In this document: piece after piece, positions 1 through 13,505 of the stretch | Position numbering within the stretch: position 1 is the first letter of the stretch | Layout of the letters: each line of letters starts with the position of its first letter | From: Macrostomum hystrix | Taxonomy: Eukaryota > Animalia > Platyhelminthes | Length of the DNA: 64,000 bases | NCBI GenBank assembly: GCA_950097015.1 | Contig: CATNEN010000039.1 | Location: 6,944,001-7,008,000, forward strand | Direction: 5' to 3' | Position numbers and translations under genes: made by a program | Notes under the pieces: generated by a model | Seen by the model: the letters and a program-made list of their open reading frames with translations, nothing else | What the model was told of the DNA's origin: nothing | The model's database searches: none

Positions 1-861
1 AGCTTAATTCCATTGCCAAGGGGATTAAATATTAGAAAAACATGATTTTTTGCACATTTTTAAAAAGGTCAAACCATCTTGGCCTATTGAGAATTTTACT
101 CACTGCCACTGAATTAGAATTGCATCGTCAAATTGCGCAACAACCCCTAGCTGATTGAATTTGAAGCCTGCACCCAGAGACAAATCGGAAATAAATGTAC
201 ACAACCAACCCCCAGACTAAGTGTATTCTATTTTCTTACTTCACTGTACAAAGTCAGAACTTTGAGAATTCATTTTATAAGGCAGATTTTTGCACCCACA
301 ATCCAACAGTCGGAATAGCCGATGTGTAGGCACTAGGAATAGGTTAGGCCACAGATACTATATTAACTAGATATGTCACTCAGCAATATTCCATTAAGCT
401 ACTTTCAAGTCAGTAGAAATATGAACATTTCTTTTTCTTTTTTGTTTGACTATAAGAAAAGTCGTTCGAGTTTAATACAAGAATACCGTTGACAACACAA
501 ATTAAAATCCAGATGATGCTAAATGAATTGTGGTTTTTACACCACTTTTAACACTGTACATGTATTTAATTTTGCAAAAGAAAATTTAAACATAACATTG
601 GATTCTTTGCGAAGTCATATAGCTAATACAAATGTGCATAAAGTGCCGACAGAGTATGTACAGAAAATATTAAGCAAACGAACAGCGCCAAACAGTATTG
701 AAGTATTTCAAGGATTAAACAATGCAAACGCCAAAATATAGCATGCGCAAATATAAAATATAAAATGAGCAAATTTATAGATTTTGTATAACGGATCAAA
801 CTTCTGGTGTAAATGATAAACAGTTATGAATGGCTTGTGTTGGAGGAATGACAGTCAATAA

Positions 862-1748
862 CTAGTTAAACTTCTTCACTTTGCGCAATGCGGAATACCT
901 TGATAGTGCACTCGACCGCATTTGGCATCGGCACCAGTGATGCAGCCGCAAATGTGAAAACGTGCGGAATACTCGCTGTTGCACTTGTTCAAGATGTTGT
1001 TCACAAGCAGGAAAAGCAATTCCGGATGAGAAAAAAAGTTCTGTCAACCGACAGGAAACTTTTGGCCGCAAAATAAAGCTAGGGGACTGAGCGGTAAATA
1101 CAGCCTCCATTTGGTTAAAGCTTTGTAATGCAGCTGGAGAAGGCAGTTTCAAACCACTGACTGCATGGGAGTGCATCTTGAGTACCCCTGTAGGATGATC
1201 GGCAGTCAGCACCAGCTTGCAGGCTTGGCATTCCAGGACGCCGCTCCTTTTCAAAACAAACCCGCCCACATACTCGGTGGCTTCTTTAAGTACTGAATCG
1301 AGTTTGGGCAGCTCTTGTGACTCCAAGACATGCGCCGGTGAATCGTCGGTAGAAATCGAATGATATACTGCAGAAACGATTGCGCTGCTGCTGCTGCTGC
1401 TGCTGCCTTCTATGCATGCACTGTCTGCCGTGACTGCAGCCGTGCAGCCGTCGTCTTCGCAGTTTCTGGCAGCAGAATCTGGATGCGCGACCGCAGTCGA
1501 GTTGCAGCATCATGTCTTAGGGAAGGACAATTGTAGGCATCATCGGTAAAATGCATGCTGCAAACTCGCGATCCCATCTTGCGGATCGTTTCGATGTCCA
1601 GATCGATTTCCAGCAGCCGCTGCCATCGACTTGCAACTTCGTTGTCGCTTGGGAATCTATGCATTCGAACAGCGACTCCATCATCCGTTAGAGATTCGGC
1701 AGTGTAAGTGCACGTTGCCGCACAGCAGCGCTTGGAACTGAAGTTCAT
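862..1748 (-). mobile_element. Internally deleted P-element/THAP9-like transposase gene (THAP domain + C-terminal region, catalytic core missing)
   Basis: ATG at 1748 opens MNFSSKRCCAATC...MHRFP...W...VCSMHF, a THAP C2CH signature. A second frame, open from ~1490 to stop 862, reads HPDSAARNCEDD...EYVGGFVLKR...C..C...GLKLPS...FPACEQH...LRLHHWCR, typical of P-transposase C-termini. TIRs not identified. Confidence 0.8.
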
Positions 1749-2247
1749 GCTAAAGCTGTTGCTAACATGTCGCTGTTTTGTGTATGAATTTAACTTCGCT
1801 TTAAGATGATGTTCTGTCGATAACCCCCACCCCCTACGCTGGGTGTGTGCGATCTTATTTTCCATCCCTCTTAACTTCCTATTGGTCCATTTGGTCTGCT
1901 CCTCTCACTCCCATTGTCAACGTGCATTCCACTGCCAATTTTAATGATTGCATCAGGGCCAGTTTTGTTAAAATTGTGTACACTGATAAGAATTTCACTG
2001 TGTCAAATGTACATAGCTGTGTCAACCCCACTGGCGAGACAGTCACTGCGAATTTATAAATATATTACATCACAGCTTTTCTCACCCGTGTGTGTGTGTG
2101 TTTGATTTGAATAGGTAAAATGTGCATAGAGGACTTCAATTCAACGATACATAGCCAAATTCAAGCGAGACATCTACTCCTTTCTTACTACAATATATAT
2201 AAATCATCAAACCTTGTCTCAATTTAAATAGAGGAAAGTGTTCAACA

Positions 2248-2460
2248 GTTGTGTCCAACAGTTTTCCAAATGTTTTTAACATGTTTCTAAATGTGTCTAA
2301 CAGTTTTTTTAATGTGTTTAACAGTTTTCTAAAAGTGTTTAACCGTTTTCTAAATGTGTTTACCAATATTCTAAATGTGTTTACCAGTTTTCTAAATGTG
2401 TTTACCAGTTTTCTAAATGTTTTAACAGTTTTCTAAACGTGTTTATCAGTTTTTTTAAGT
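2248..2460. repeat. Degenerate 21-bp tandem repeat (aacagttttctaaatgtgttt)
   Basis: About 10 imperfect copies, seen directly. Confidence 0.85.
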
Positions 2461-2535
2461 GTCCAATAATTACCACTTATCTTAATGCGTTTTAAAGTTT
2501 TTAAATATGTTGAACGGTTAATAATATTGGTTATT

Positions 2536-2812
2536 TGCTGCTGAGGGGAATTAGTTCTCTGCTGCTGGGGGGAATTAGTTCTCTGCTGCTGGGGGAAATT
2601 AGTTCTCTGCTGCTGGGGGAAATTAGTTCTCTGCTGCTGGGGGAAATTAGTTCTCTGCTGCTGGGGGAAATTAGTTCTCTGCTGCTGGGGGAAATTAGTT
2701 CTCTGCTGCTGGGGGAAATTAGTTCTCTGCTGCTGGGGGAAATTAGTTCTTTGCTACTGGGGGGGATTAGTTCTTTGCTGCTGGGGGGGAATTAGTTCTC
2801 TGCAGCTGGGGA
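2536..2812. repeat. 24-bp minisatellite (ctgctgctgggggaaattagttct)
   Basis: About 11 copies; produces the spurious LLLGEISS ORF. Confidence 0.95.
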
Positions 2813-3121
2813 GACACTGGTTTTTTACTGCTGAGGGGATAGTATTCACATGTACCTCAGTAGCATTTAGCTGAGTTGAATCAAATGTAAGTTACTTGTG
2901 TAATTTTGCCCCAATGGGGCTCTTGGTGTACAGACCGGATGTCTCAAGCTCAGACTGACTATTTTTGTATTTAGTGAGAATTCAAATTCTTGTTGAATCG
3001 CAATCACGTATATTCGCAATCATTGAAATTAATACCAACGAAATGAGTTTTAGTTTTTGTTTGCTTTCAGGTGTGTTTTGTCCTTCTGTATTACACAATA
3101 TTTTTTTGTCTGAACAGTTGT

Positions 3122-3149
3122 GCCCCCCAAGGGGGGCTTAGTGTGCTAG
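3122..3149 (+). mobile_element. Probable Helitron 3' terminus
   Basis: GC hairpin GCCCCCC-AA-GGGGGGC followed 8 nt later by CTAG and then T, the canonical Helitron 3' end arrangement. Confidence 0.45.
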
Positions 3150-4227
3150 TCATATTCTATAACTGATGTTAGCCGATATGTATCGAAAAGCCGTATTAAA
3201 CAAAAAAACTTAGCAACACATTAAAGTTAACACACACAACCTGTTACCAGCCAATTACTTTTATTTAGATAGCACCTGCTTAAACCTTTGCAATGGTAGG
3301 CTGGTACTCCTCAATGAGTAAGGCTTGAGGGGTTAAGATGGCAACAGAACTAGCTTCTTGCTGCTGACGCTTTTACTGTGGCTTTGCTTAGACCGTGACT
3401 GGCAAACCAAGTTTGCATATATCAGCCTTTTGGGGTCCACTCATACAGGATAAAAGAGAGACTATTACTGCCTACTGCTTACACGGCTTTAATTCATTTT
3501 GCCTATATTCTCTGCTTTCTGCCTAACTTCTCTACTAAATATCTATTGTCTCTACTCTGTCTACCTTCTCTACTTTCTATCTACCTTCTACCTATCTACT
3601 TTCTCTCCAACTTCCCATCTTCTTTACTATATGTCTACTATCTCCACTCTTTAACTTCTCTGTGCTGTCTGTTATCTCTGCTGTCTCTGCTAAACTCACT
3701 ATATCTACTTTTCCTCTTTTACTACATATACTCGTACAATAAATTACATCTAGATTTGTTTTGACATAAAAAATCCACCGTTCGTGCGCTACAACCGCAG
3801 CACCATTAGCCTAAATCTATTACATAATCGTAATTTGCTTGATAAATTAACCAGAAAGCATTGGTATTCTATAGACTTGTAATTTCACGCTCACAGAGAA
3901 AAATAAGGAATATATGCATATAATTTTTACACTGCAATAATAATGTTTGACCTTATAAATAGGTTGTGGGTTAGGTAGGGTTCTATTTCCATTAGTGATT
4001 TGCAATCGGCTCTACTGGAGTGGCACGATTTCTCAAGCACAATAGGCTACATCGCCTATTGTTTATTATATTGGCATGGCAGAACGTTACGTAATCGCAA
4101 AACTCAATTACTGCTAACTAATAACGCGTAAACAAACAGCTCGCCAATATTAAGTAAACATTTTTCGTATTGCGTTGGTGTATTTTGTTTTTTGGCTATT
4201 AGAATTAGCCCGTAAAAGAAAGTGAAT

Positions 4228-4362
4228 ATTGTAGCCTAGTGGTTACGTCTATGTATTTCTGATCTAGAGGTCGAAAGTTCGAGACTAAGACAACATGAAA
4301 CGATTTTGACCTTGAGGAACGAACTTTATTACTCTTGGCTATATTTTACTCTGCTGTGAAAT
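4228..4362 (+). mobile_element. Degenerate tRNA-derived SINE, family A
   Basis: A-box GTAGCCTAGTGG, B-box-like GTTCGAGAC, then a gaccttgaggaacgaacttt body similar to the copy at 60610-60791. Confidence 0.6.
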
Positions 4363-7300
4363 TTGCGTGGTGTGGTGTCATCCTCCCCAGACCACAGACT
4401 AAACAGCTGTACACAGCCATGGAAACGTAGTGCAATAGCTTTGGCTGTGCACTGGCTACAGATCAAGATTTACAGGGCTATGTGTCCTGTCACTCTCTCT
4501 CTCTCTGCCCACAAGAAGACAGCTTTTAAACCTAAATCCGACGTTCTTTTGCAAATAAAAAATCTCCTGAAATCTGCAGACAAAAATCTATTAGATAATT
4601 AAAAATCAATCCAAAACTGACTGCGAATTAGGATTCATCTTTGCAAATGCTTATATAAAAGTCTACATCGGCACGTTAATCTGAATGTGCTTGCCCATAG
4701 TCTCATGGGACAGTGGGTGCTGCTTTTCTACGCCTAGTAGCCGCCGCAGAAGTAATTTCCCGTTTTCTTGTCTTCTTCAATCTAGGTTGTGTATGCCGTC
4801 TAAGGCTTGGTCTCCTTTTTTACTTCTTGGCGATCCTTTCCTTCATTTAGGAATAATTAATTCAGGCCCCTTGTGGGCCTTGCGCCTTGGCCTTCATTGG
4901 ACATAGAGATCCGAGGCCCTCCTATGTACAGTAAATTGATGTAGCAGCCAAGCAGGTTAGTTTCCCTTCTTGTTTTTTTCTTATTCCCCCCCTATGTAGT
5001 TTTAGCCATCTTTAGCTTCCCCGCTGGGGCGCAGTTCCTCTCTCCGTGTGCTCCTGTGAGCATATAATGCAGCTTCCCACGTCGCCTTCCCAGGAGGCCT
5101 GGTGGGAGTGCGGGTGGATGGAAGGACGCGAGGCGACGGGAAGGAAAGCACGAATCTAGGGCCGTCATATTTTAGTATGAAAAAATGAGCATTCGTCTTG
5201 CTGTGCTCACTAACCCAAAGGCTCTAATGGGAAATTGACTGCGGCTCCACCATCAAACCTTCCCATGCAAACTATAAAAAAAATTGCGCGGCCCCATTCT
5301 CCATCCTAGCCATTCGACTGCATTCGCGTCCCCCGCCTCACATTCGATAAGCAGTTAGCTACAGCCTGACACCCTAATACCCAGCCCACACAAGACCCCC
5401 CCTTAGGTGATGATTAGGCGTGGCCGGGATACGAGCCCTGTCCTACTTGTAAAGGGATCAATTTCTTTGTGTTTGCGGTTTTGCTGCAGCGCTGACACCC
5501 CAATCGGATCGCGCATCCGTTTGACACTTAGCTACGACGTATTTGTCATTTAGAAACAACCCACAATTCCAAATCTGGTTTTGCTTCTAGGCAACAAGTT
5601 TTTGGTGTAGATTTGTTCTCGATAGAGTAGAATTACTTCGAAAGAAGCCCAAGATTATTATTATACGAGTAATATTAGCTGTTGCTATACACTGCACTAT
5701 ATTGTATTGTATTTACTATTTTATTGTAGAAATAGTTGCTTTAGAAGCTTTTATCTTTTAGGTTCCTAAAAATCTTGTTCGATATAGATATAACAGAGTT
5801 TTTGTTAATACTTGTATATCGTAGCAAAACAACTACTTAGTGGGAGGGTCATTGGCACACAATTCAGCAACAGCGACTTGCAGCCAGCGAGGAGTAAATT
5901 ATACCCTTTCCGCTGACCCTTTAGCACAAAGGTATACGGAAACGAACACAGGCACAACTTGGTGTCACATCTTTGACTTTCGCGTCTTCAGACTGTAAAA
6001 ATTCATGTGTTTTCGTTTGAGGTTAGCTCTCAAAGGCAAAATTCATATGACAAGCCTCTAAATCTTCACACAGCAGATTGGCCCCAATTAAAATCGCCGT
6101 GGCACGGATTCTAGCCCAAGGACGTTAGTGCGAGAGTCGAGACTCGAGACCGTATGCTTGCTAGTAACGCGTTTCTACTTATCATGTTGACCATGTTGTG
6201 TGTTTTTTCTTTGTCATATGAAACAACTTTTTTCTCTTAGTTTCCTTTACGCACGTGCTAATCGGATGGAACTCGGATGGAGTAACTGAACTCGAAAATT
6301 ACAAGAGCAATTAACTGTAAACGCTCTGCTTGTATTCATGTATGCCCACTGAGCCCAATGCTACCATAATACGAGTATAAGCACCAGATCCAATTAGATT
6401 AAACAAAGCTGCTCACGGACCACCTGGCTTGTGCGTGAGTCGTCTTTTAAGTGCCCAGCGTTTTCTATCACCGCATTTCCAAAGGTTTTCGTCGTACTCA
6501 AAGCTGCACACACAATAATCCTCGGCTTATAAAGCATCCAAAAGATCCTCCCTCTCCTCCTCATCTCCTCCTACAGCCGAGACGCTTGGTCATTCGTGAG
6601 TATTTTTGCCTGCACTTTTGCTACTAGGAGGAGTGACTACGGAATGACAGGAAAATATCAGTCTTAGAACTGAGCGAGGTACACGATTAAGTATACGACA
6701 CTAGGTTCAACAATGTTACAAATAAATAACTAATCAGCGTCTTGGTTTTTCTTTCGATAAAAAATGTTCGCTTTTTGGGTGCCTAAACAAATAATTAGGC
6801 TTAGCTATAATCTATTAGCTAAGTAGATGTCGGCTGACACGTTAGTGACAATTCTACACGGCTCTAGTGTATAAAGTGAAATAAGAGACGGAATTCGTAA
6901 CTCGATCCGCAAAACTAGCACATTTTACCATTTTAGACATACTTGTTTAATACTGGGATGAGCAGTGCAACTGTACGATAAGCAAGAAGAAGTTAACTTT
7001 GATTAGAACTCATCGTCAATCAATAAATTATTGATTAACAGCTAGTCACGCAACAGCAAAGCATAGTCTCGAGCTACACGTCGTGTAAATGATTAATAAT
7101 ATAATAATATGAAGGAGGAGTGAATGCAGATAGAAAGAAAAGAAGGTATAGGCTCGAAGATAAAGAGGAGAGAAAGCAAGTGAAGTGGCTAAAATAGAAA
7201 CTAAACTGAAGAATAGGAAGCAGAATCATCAAGAGATGTAGAAAAGTGAAAAGGCTACAGACACAAACAAGAGAAAGAGATTGAATAAAAGTTATAGAAA

Positions 7301-7810
7301 CAAAAAAAATTGGTAAAGGTTTCGCACGGGAAGAGAATGCCCAGTTAGACTCACCCGCTATAGGACTTCGCCCGACTTTCAATGGTCCTCTGCTTCAGAC
7401 AGATGCGAGTTAGGGCCGCGCCCAGTTCTTTAGTGGCGCCTAGGAATTAGAAACCGCATCATTGCTAGACAATTGGTTAATGAAGAGCACAAAAAAGCAG
7501 AGTCAATTTTTTTAATTAGCAAAATTGCATGCATTGCATGCACATGCCAACTCACCATTAGAACTCGACGCCAAGTCTGCTATCTTTTGAAACGAATCGA
7601 GAAACGCCGAGCTCGCCAATAGCAGGATTCTAAAATATGCCAGTTATAAACGAATCTAACCTCAATCACATTACACATGAGTTTCTTAGAACATTATCTC
7701 AAACCTGCTGAAACCCTTGCCGCAGACATTTAACCTCAATTGAAAAACTTAATTGTCCTACCCATAAATGAAATTCTACTTCCAACAGAGCTTGACTAAC
7801 CCTCCATCAG

Positions 7811-8751
7811 TCAGCTTGATTCTGCCTCCACCACCCAGCTTGATTCTCCATCCACCACCCAGCTTGATTCTCCATCCACCACCCAGCTTGATTCTGCCTC
7901 CATCACCCAGCTTGATTCTGCCTCCACCACCCAGCTTGATTCTCCATCCACCACCCAGCTTGATTCTGCCTCCATCACCCAGCTTGATTCTGCCTCCACC
8001 ACCCAGCTTGATTCTGCCTCCACCACCCAGCTTGATTCTGCCTCCATCACCCAGCTTGATTCTGCCTCCACCACCCAGCTTGATTCTGCCTCCACCACCC
8101 AGCTTGATTCTGCCTCCACCACCCAGCTTGATTCTGCCTCCACCACCCAGCTTGATTCTGCCTCCACCACCCAGCTTGATTCTCCATCCACCACCCAGCT
8201 TGATTCTCCATCCACCACCCAGCTTGATTCTGCCTCCATCACCCAGCTTGATTCTGCCTCCACCACCCAGCTTGATTCTGTCTCCACCACCCAGCTTGAT
8301 TCTCCATCCACCACCCAGCTTGATTCTCCATCCACCACCCAGCTTGATTCTGTCTACACCACCCAGCTTGATTCTCCATCCACCACCCAGCTTGATTCTC
8401 CATCCATCACCCAGCCTGATTCTGCCTCCACCACCCAGCTTGATTCTCCATCCACCACCCAGCTTGATTCTCCATCCACCACCCAGCTTGATTCTCCATC
8501 CACCACCCAGCTTGATTCTCCATCCATCACACAGCCTGATTCTGCCTCCACCACCCAGCTTGATTCTCCATCCATCACCCAGCCTGATTCTGCCTCCACC
8601 ACCCAGCTTGATTCTCCATCCACCACCCAGCTTGATTCTCCATCCACCACCCAGCTTGATTCTCCATCCACCACCCAGCTTGATTCTCCATCCATCACAC
8701 AGCCTGATTCTGCCTCCACCACCCAGCTTGATTTTCCATCCACCACCCAGC
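7811..8751. repeat. 24-bp minisatellite (cccagcttgattctgcctccacca and ...ctccatccacca variants)
   Basis: About 39 copies; explains the PPPSLIL and VVEAESSW ORFs. Confidence 0.97.
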
Positions 8752-9099
8752 TGTATTTTGTACGTTATGTGACTGGATCACAATGATAATAGCATTCTAG
8801 CATAAGTTTAAGTAAAAAGCTGATTGCTTTACCTGAAGGCACCATTTAACTTTTGTGCTTTATTAATTAAGTCCTCATAAACAGGGATGCCAAGCTTTAA
8901 TTCTCCAATTAAACAAGTGAATGCACTGCCAGCAGAGTTACATTCAAACTCCAGCTCAGCACAGCGCTGAGCTGAAACTTCTGTCACCATTGCCAGCTCA
9001 CTAACTGTTGCAAGGCAACTGAAAATTATTTAAAGTTAAACAATGGATTAGTAACAACATCCAGCTGTATATACCTAAATATACTGATGTAACCTTGTA

Positions 9100-9606
9100 T
9101 ATCTATCCACCATTTTACTCTCAACTTTGGACATCAGTAACTTTTATTATAACAAACTCCACATTGATTTTGTCATAAGTTTGCCTATATTGAAGTGAAG
9201 TTGACAAAATTGAAGCAGAGATTCAGTAGAATTTACCATAGAGTGTAACTTTGAAGCAACAAGTGTTAAATTTGAAAATTAGTTTCAAGACTTTAGGATT
9301 GGAAGATAGAGCAGGTTTCAATGAACTAACAAAAGAGAATCATACTGGAAAGTAATTCAAAACTAAAAAAACAAGCAAAGTTTTAAGGCCCGGACATTGT
9401 TCCCACGGCATGATTTTTTTAGATTTTGCATAGCAGAGGTTAAAAATTATATGTGCTAAAATTTAATGTTTCTTTGTCTAAATTGAAGTTGACGCTGACT
9501 AAATAGAATGTACTTTTTCCCTCAAAGCAACAGACTGTCAAAATTGATGTGGAGTTTGTTACAAAAGCAGTAACTATTGTGTAAAATTAAGGGTAATATT
9601 GAATAG
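9100..9606. mobile_element. Old degenerate TIR element (MITE-like)
   Basis: taacaaactccacattgattttg (~9150) is inverted to caaaattgatgtggagtttgtta (~9540); weaker symmetry extends outward. Confidence 0.5.
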
Positions 9607-10748
9607 CTTTTTATTACAAATTATAACAATTTAAGTACTTAACTTTATGTGCCTAGCCATAGCTAAATTAGCTACTAATAACTATTAAGTATAGGCCAGG
9701 ATTAACAAATAATGATAGAAGTGCTATGAATAACCTGCTAATGTGCATATTTAATTATTTTATAAAATATAACAACTTTCTTAGCTTCTGTAAATACTTG
9801 AACTTACATACATTTTTAAATGATATAGCTATTTGTGGCCATGTCTATTAACTAAAACCTAAGCAAAAGAGAGAAGAGAAAGGACAGGAGGGATAATGAG
9901 GGAAAGATTATTTCATTGTCGCTTTGTTAGCTTCCCTTGCCTTGTTACCCTAGGCAAATATATTTTCTGGGTGGTATACTACCCAGCTCTCTAAGCACAC
10001 TACTATGATATCTGATTGGCTTGTTGGTTGTTGTTTGTTTATTATTAGTCATTGTCATTTTCTTTTTTACTTATGTTCTTATAAACACATTCTTTATTTT
10101 TTTTACATAAAGAAGTAGAGAAATAAGACTGTGAAACTAGAGGATTGCTATGCCATGGTCAGGTCAAGCATATAGCTAAATAATAATATATATGATATTG
10201 ATAAATAGCTAGGCCTAAGAATACAATAATTTATATACACTATGCTCATATAATAAACTATATAAAGTTATATAATTTTTTTCTACAACCAGCTTTATTC
10301 CACTAATCTATACAAAAAAAATAAAATACTAACTTAATAAGCTACTTTATTCATTATAAAAACTAAGTTAATAAAACAATGGAAAAATAGCCCCATATCA
10401 GTTTATCAACATATGCTATTAGACTAGCCTTTAGTTAGAGTAAACAGGCAATGTCTTGCCACTACCTTGACCATGTCACAATTCAAGGCAAAATAACTCA
10501 AACTAAAGAAAATTATGACAGAATGTTAATTTTATAACTGAGCCTGGGCTATATCAGTTCATGTTAGAAAACAAAACTCACAAAGGAAATAAATAAACTG
10601 CCCTTTAAGTAGAACTTTTGGCACAATATTATAAACAAATCAATACCAATGGCAATTAAATATGATGTAAAAAGCAAAAAAACTAAAAATCCAAACAACA
10701 AACAAGTCTACTAGCTATTATCCAATATAAAAAACAATAGTGACCATA

Positions 10749-11021
10749 CATGCGCAACACCTGGCCGACCCGGCCAAACCGGCCAGGTGAAACGAGGGCC
10801 AAGCAAGGTAAGTCGCAAAAACCAATAGACCAAGCGCAAAAAAATCAAAGGGGGGACCAAGTGACAAAAAAGGAAGGCGTGAAGAAAAGGAAAAAGGGGA
10901 GAGAAAAAGAGAGCAAATGAGAGCAAACTAAGTTGTAAATAGAGCAATGAAATGAACTAAGTCGCAAATGAGAGCAAAAACTAAGTCGCACGGCCGGCTA
11001 AGATTTGGGAGGTTGCGCATG
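10749..11021. mobile_element. Short MITE, TIR CATGCGCAAC, flanked by TA
   Basis: ta-CATGCGCAAC (10749) ... GTTGCGCATG-ta (11021); internal repeats of ctaagtcgca and aaatgagagcaaa. Confidence 0.6.
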
Positions 11022-11097
11022 TATAACTGAAACTAACCAATATCCTGTGTAGGCCTATGAGTATTATTTAGTAAAACATTCAGCAGCTATAAAATTA

Positions 11098-11773
11098 GGA
11101 AGTGCTTATACCCACAGTCCCGTGCCGATAATTTTAATCTTATCCACACGGATCCGTGCCGATAATTTTCTGCTTATCCACATGGCAGCTTGTATGAATA
11201 GGTCTACTTTTAAGTCCCTACCTATTCTTCTCTGAGCAGAAGGCTTTTGCTTCAGAGTATAGTATATAGTGTACACTATCAATGCATAGTGTAAAATAAT
11301 AACAGTGATGTGTGATAATATGTGTGATGAGTTTGGTGCTGACTAGAATTCTGTTGGTTGACTCGGATGATTTTCTTTGATAGACTTCTTACTTTTTAAG
11401 TCAAGATACAAATCAAATGAAAACATGTAACAATGACAAAAGATTTAGTAAGTTGTTATTACAATAATTAAAAAGGATGACATTAATGTTGGTTTATGAA
11501 TGTGTAGGTCGAAATGTAGGACAAAGTCGTAACACACTGGCAACTTTGTCAATCTATTGGCTCGAGGGTTCAACAAAAGGTTCAAACCCGAAAGGGCCTT
11601 GTTTCAAAAAACAGAACCATGTGGATAAAATTGAAATTAACGGCATGGCATATATAAAGAGTTGTAGACCTATTCATACAAGCTGCCGTGTGGATAAGCA
11701 GAAAATTATCGGCACGGATCCGTGTGGATAAAATTGAAATTATTGACACGGGACCGTGGGAATAAGCTCTGCC
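11098..11773. mobile_element. Mutator-like (MULE) non-autonomous element
   Basis: ~110-bp TIRs (ggaagtgcttatacccac... / ...gtgggaataagctctgcc) with internal ccgtgccgataatt repeats. Perfect 9-bp TSD ATAAAATTA at 11089-11097 and 11774-11782. Confidence 0.9.
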
Positions 11774-12602
11774 ATAAAATTATTTCCTTACTCTTTTTTG
11801 TAGGGCCTATAGCATGCAGGTAAGAGATTTATATTTTTTACTAATATTAGGCCTACTAAAATCTAATATGTAACTTACTCATAATACCCAGTGAGACCAA
11901 TAATCAGAACTAAGTTTTGATCTGCACTTCATGACAAAATAAATTTGCGATTCATACAAAACAGAGAATTCTACATAATAGATTGTGGATACTAGTTTTA
12001 AGAAAAAAATAAGTAGATGACCTCTGTCTCTTTTTGTACTTTATTGTTTAATACGCTCTTAAATGAGAGTATTTGGTTAAATAAGAAGAATCAGAGAATC
12101 CAATATTAGGCAAATTAAAAAAAGACTAAAATCGAAAAAATATATATCCCACTCAATTTGAATGACTTGGCCTATATTGGATCATAAAAAAATTTAGGCC
12201 ATTCAGTAGCTCTGTTCTGTGACCTCTGTTGTTTAGTATATGGCATGGCATGTTATGCCGGTAAAAACTTATTTTTCTTTGATTTATATTGGTTTCTTGC
12301 TGCAGAATTCGATGTCGATGTCTACAGGTGTCCTGGCCACCGTCGCGTTTCGGTTCTGTATATTTATATAATGAAACGCCTACGCAGTACGACTACACAG
12401 TTGCGATAAGCAATTACAACATAATCTAAGAATTGAAACTTTGAATTGAAGGAATAAAATTTAACAATATGTAGCAGTTTTTATTTGCTGATTTGTTGTT
12501 CTGGCTAAAGTTCTTGATCTTGCTTTCTTAGTATAATATGATTTTCATTACAGTTTGACCTAAGTTTAGTAACTAGAATATTTGCATAATATAGCAGAAT
12601 TC

Positions 12603-12989
12603 CACCCTTGTTTTCCAAAAACATCCCGAATATAACATGCAAAAGTTCGCATATATATCCTGCGATAACATGTTACCGTGTTACAGTTACATATAAATTA
12701 TTATAAATGTAATAATAAATTTTAAATTAGGAACATAATTTATATTATTGAATACTTTCAGCGGCTTGCAAAAAAAGTCCAAATACTGTAGAAATGTAGA
12801 AATGTATAGAAATACTATAGACTACTATAGAATACTATAGAATACTATAGAAAATACTATTTATACGTTTGCCTTCACGATTTACTTTCATAGAAATGCT
12901 GGAATTCTGTAACACGGTTACATGTTATCGCAGGATAAATATGCGAAATTTTGCATGTTATATTCGTGATGTTTTGGAAAACAAGGGTG
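12603..12989. mobile_element. MITE with ~85-bp TIRs beginning CACCCTTG (CMC/EnSpm-like)
   Basis: cacccttgttttccaaaaacatc... inverted to ...gatgttttggaaaacaagggtg; internal tactatagaa repeats; no clear TSD. Confidence 0.75.
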
Positions 12990-13505
12990 ACTAGTCCAAT
13001 ACCATCTATTGTAGTCATGTTGCAGTTCATTTGGATATTGTTTTGGTATTTTTTAGTCTGTTGCAATCTCATTTGGTGTTTACACAGACTTGCATAGTTT
13101 ATCTTTGACAGATCACATAGTATGTTAAGCATTATAGTATGTTAAGTATCCCAGTTTTTTAAATGATCAGTATCTTGGCATTGGGGCTGCATCAGTAAAA
13201 TAATCAATGCAATGATATATTAATTATTTAGGTCACTAGCATTAACTAGCTTGGCCCTAATATACTATACTAGGGGCCTAGTAGATATTAGGCCTACTCT
13301 GTTTAATATCAAAGTTAATGTTTTTTACTGTTTTGTTTTTTGGTCTAATGCTTTTTGTTTTAGCTTAGAACTATTGAATCAAGGCATTTCTCTTTTGGTT
13401 GACAAAAAAAAGAATTAACTTAGGCCTATATACTAGATCAGCATTTTTTAATCTAGGATAGACTAATTTACCATATCAAAAAGAAGCATTTCTTCTCTTA
13501 TTGTA

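Noticed and set aside
7768-8772. Proline-rich extensin-like 334-aa ORF
   Set aside because: Product of a 24-bp tandem repeat that is also open on the reverse strand.
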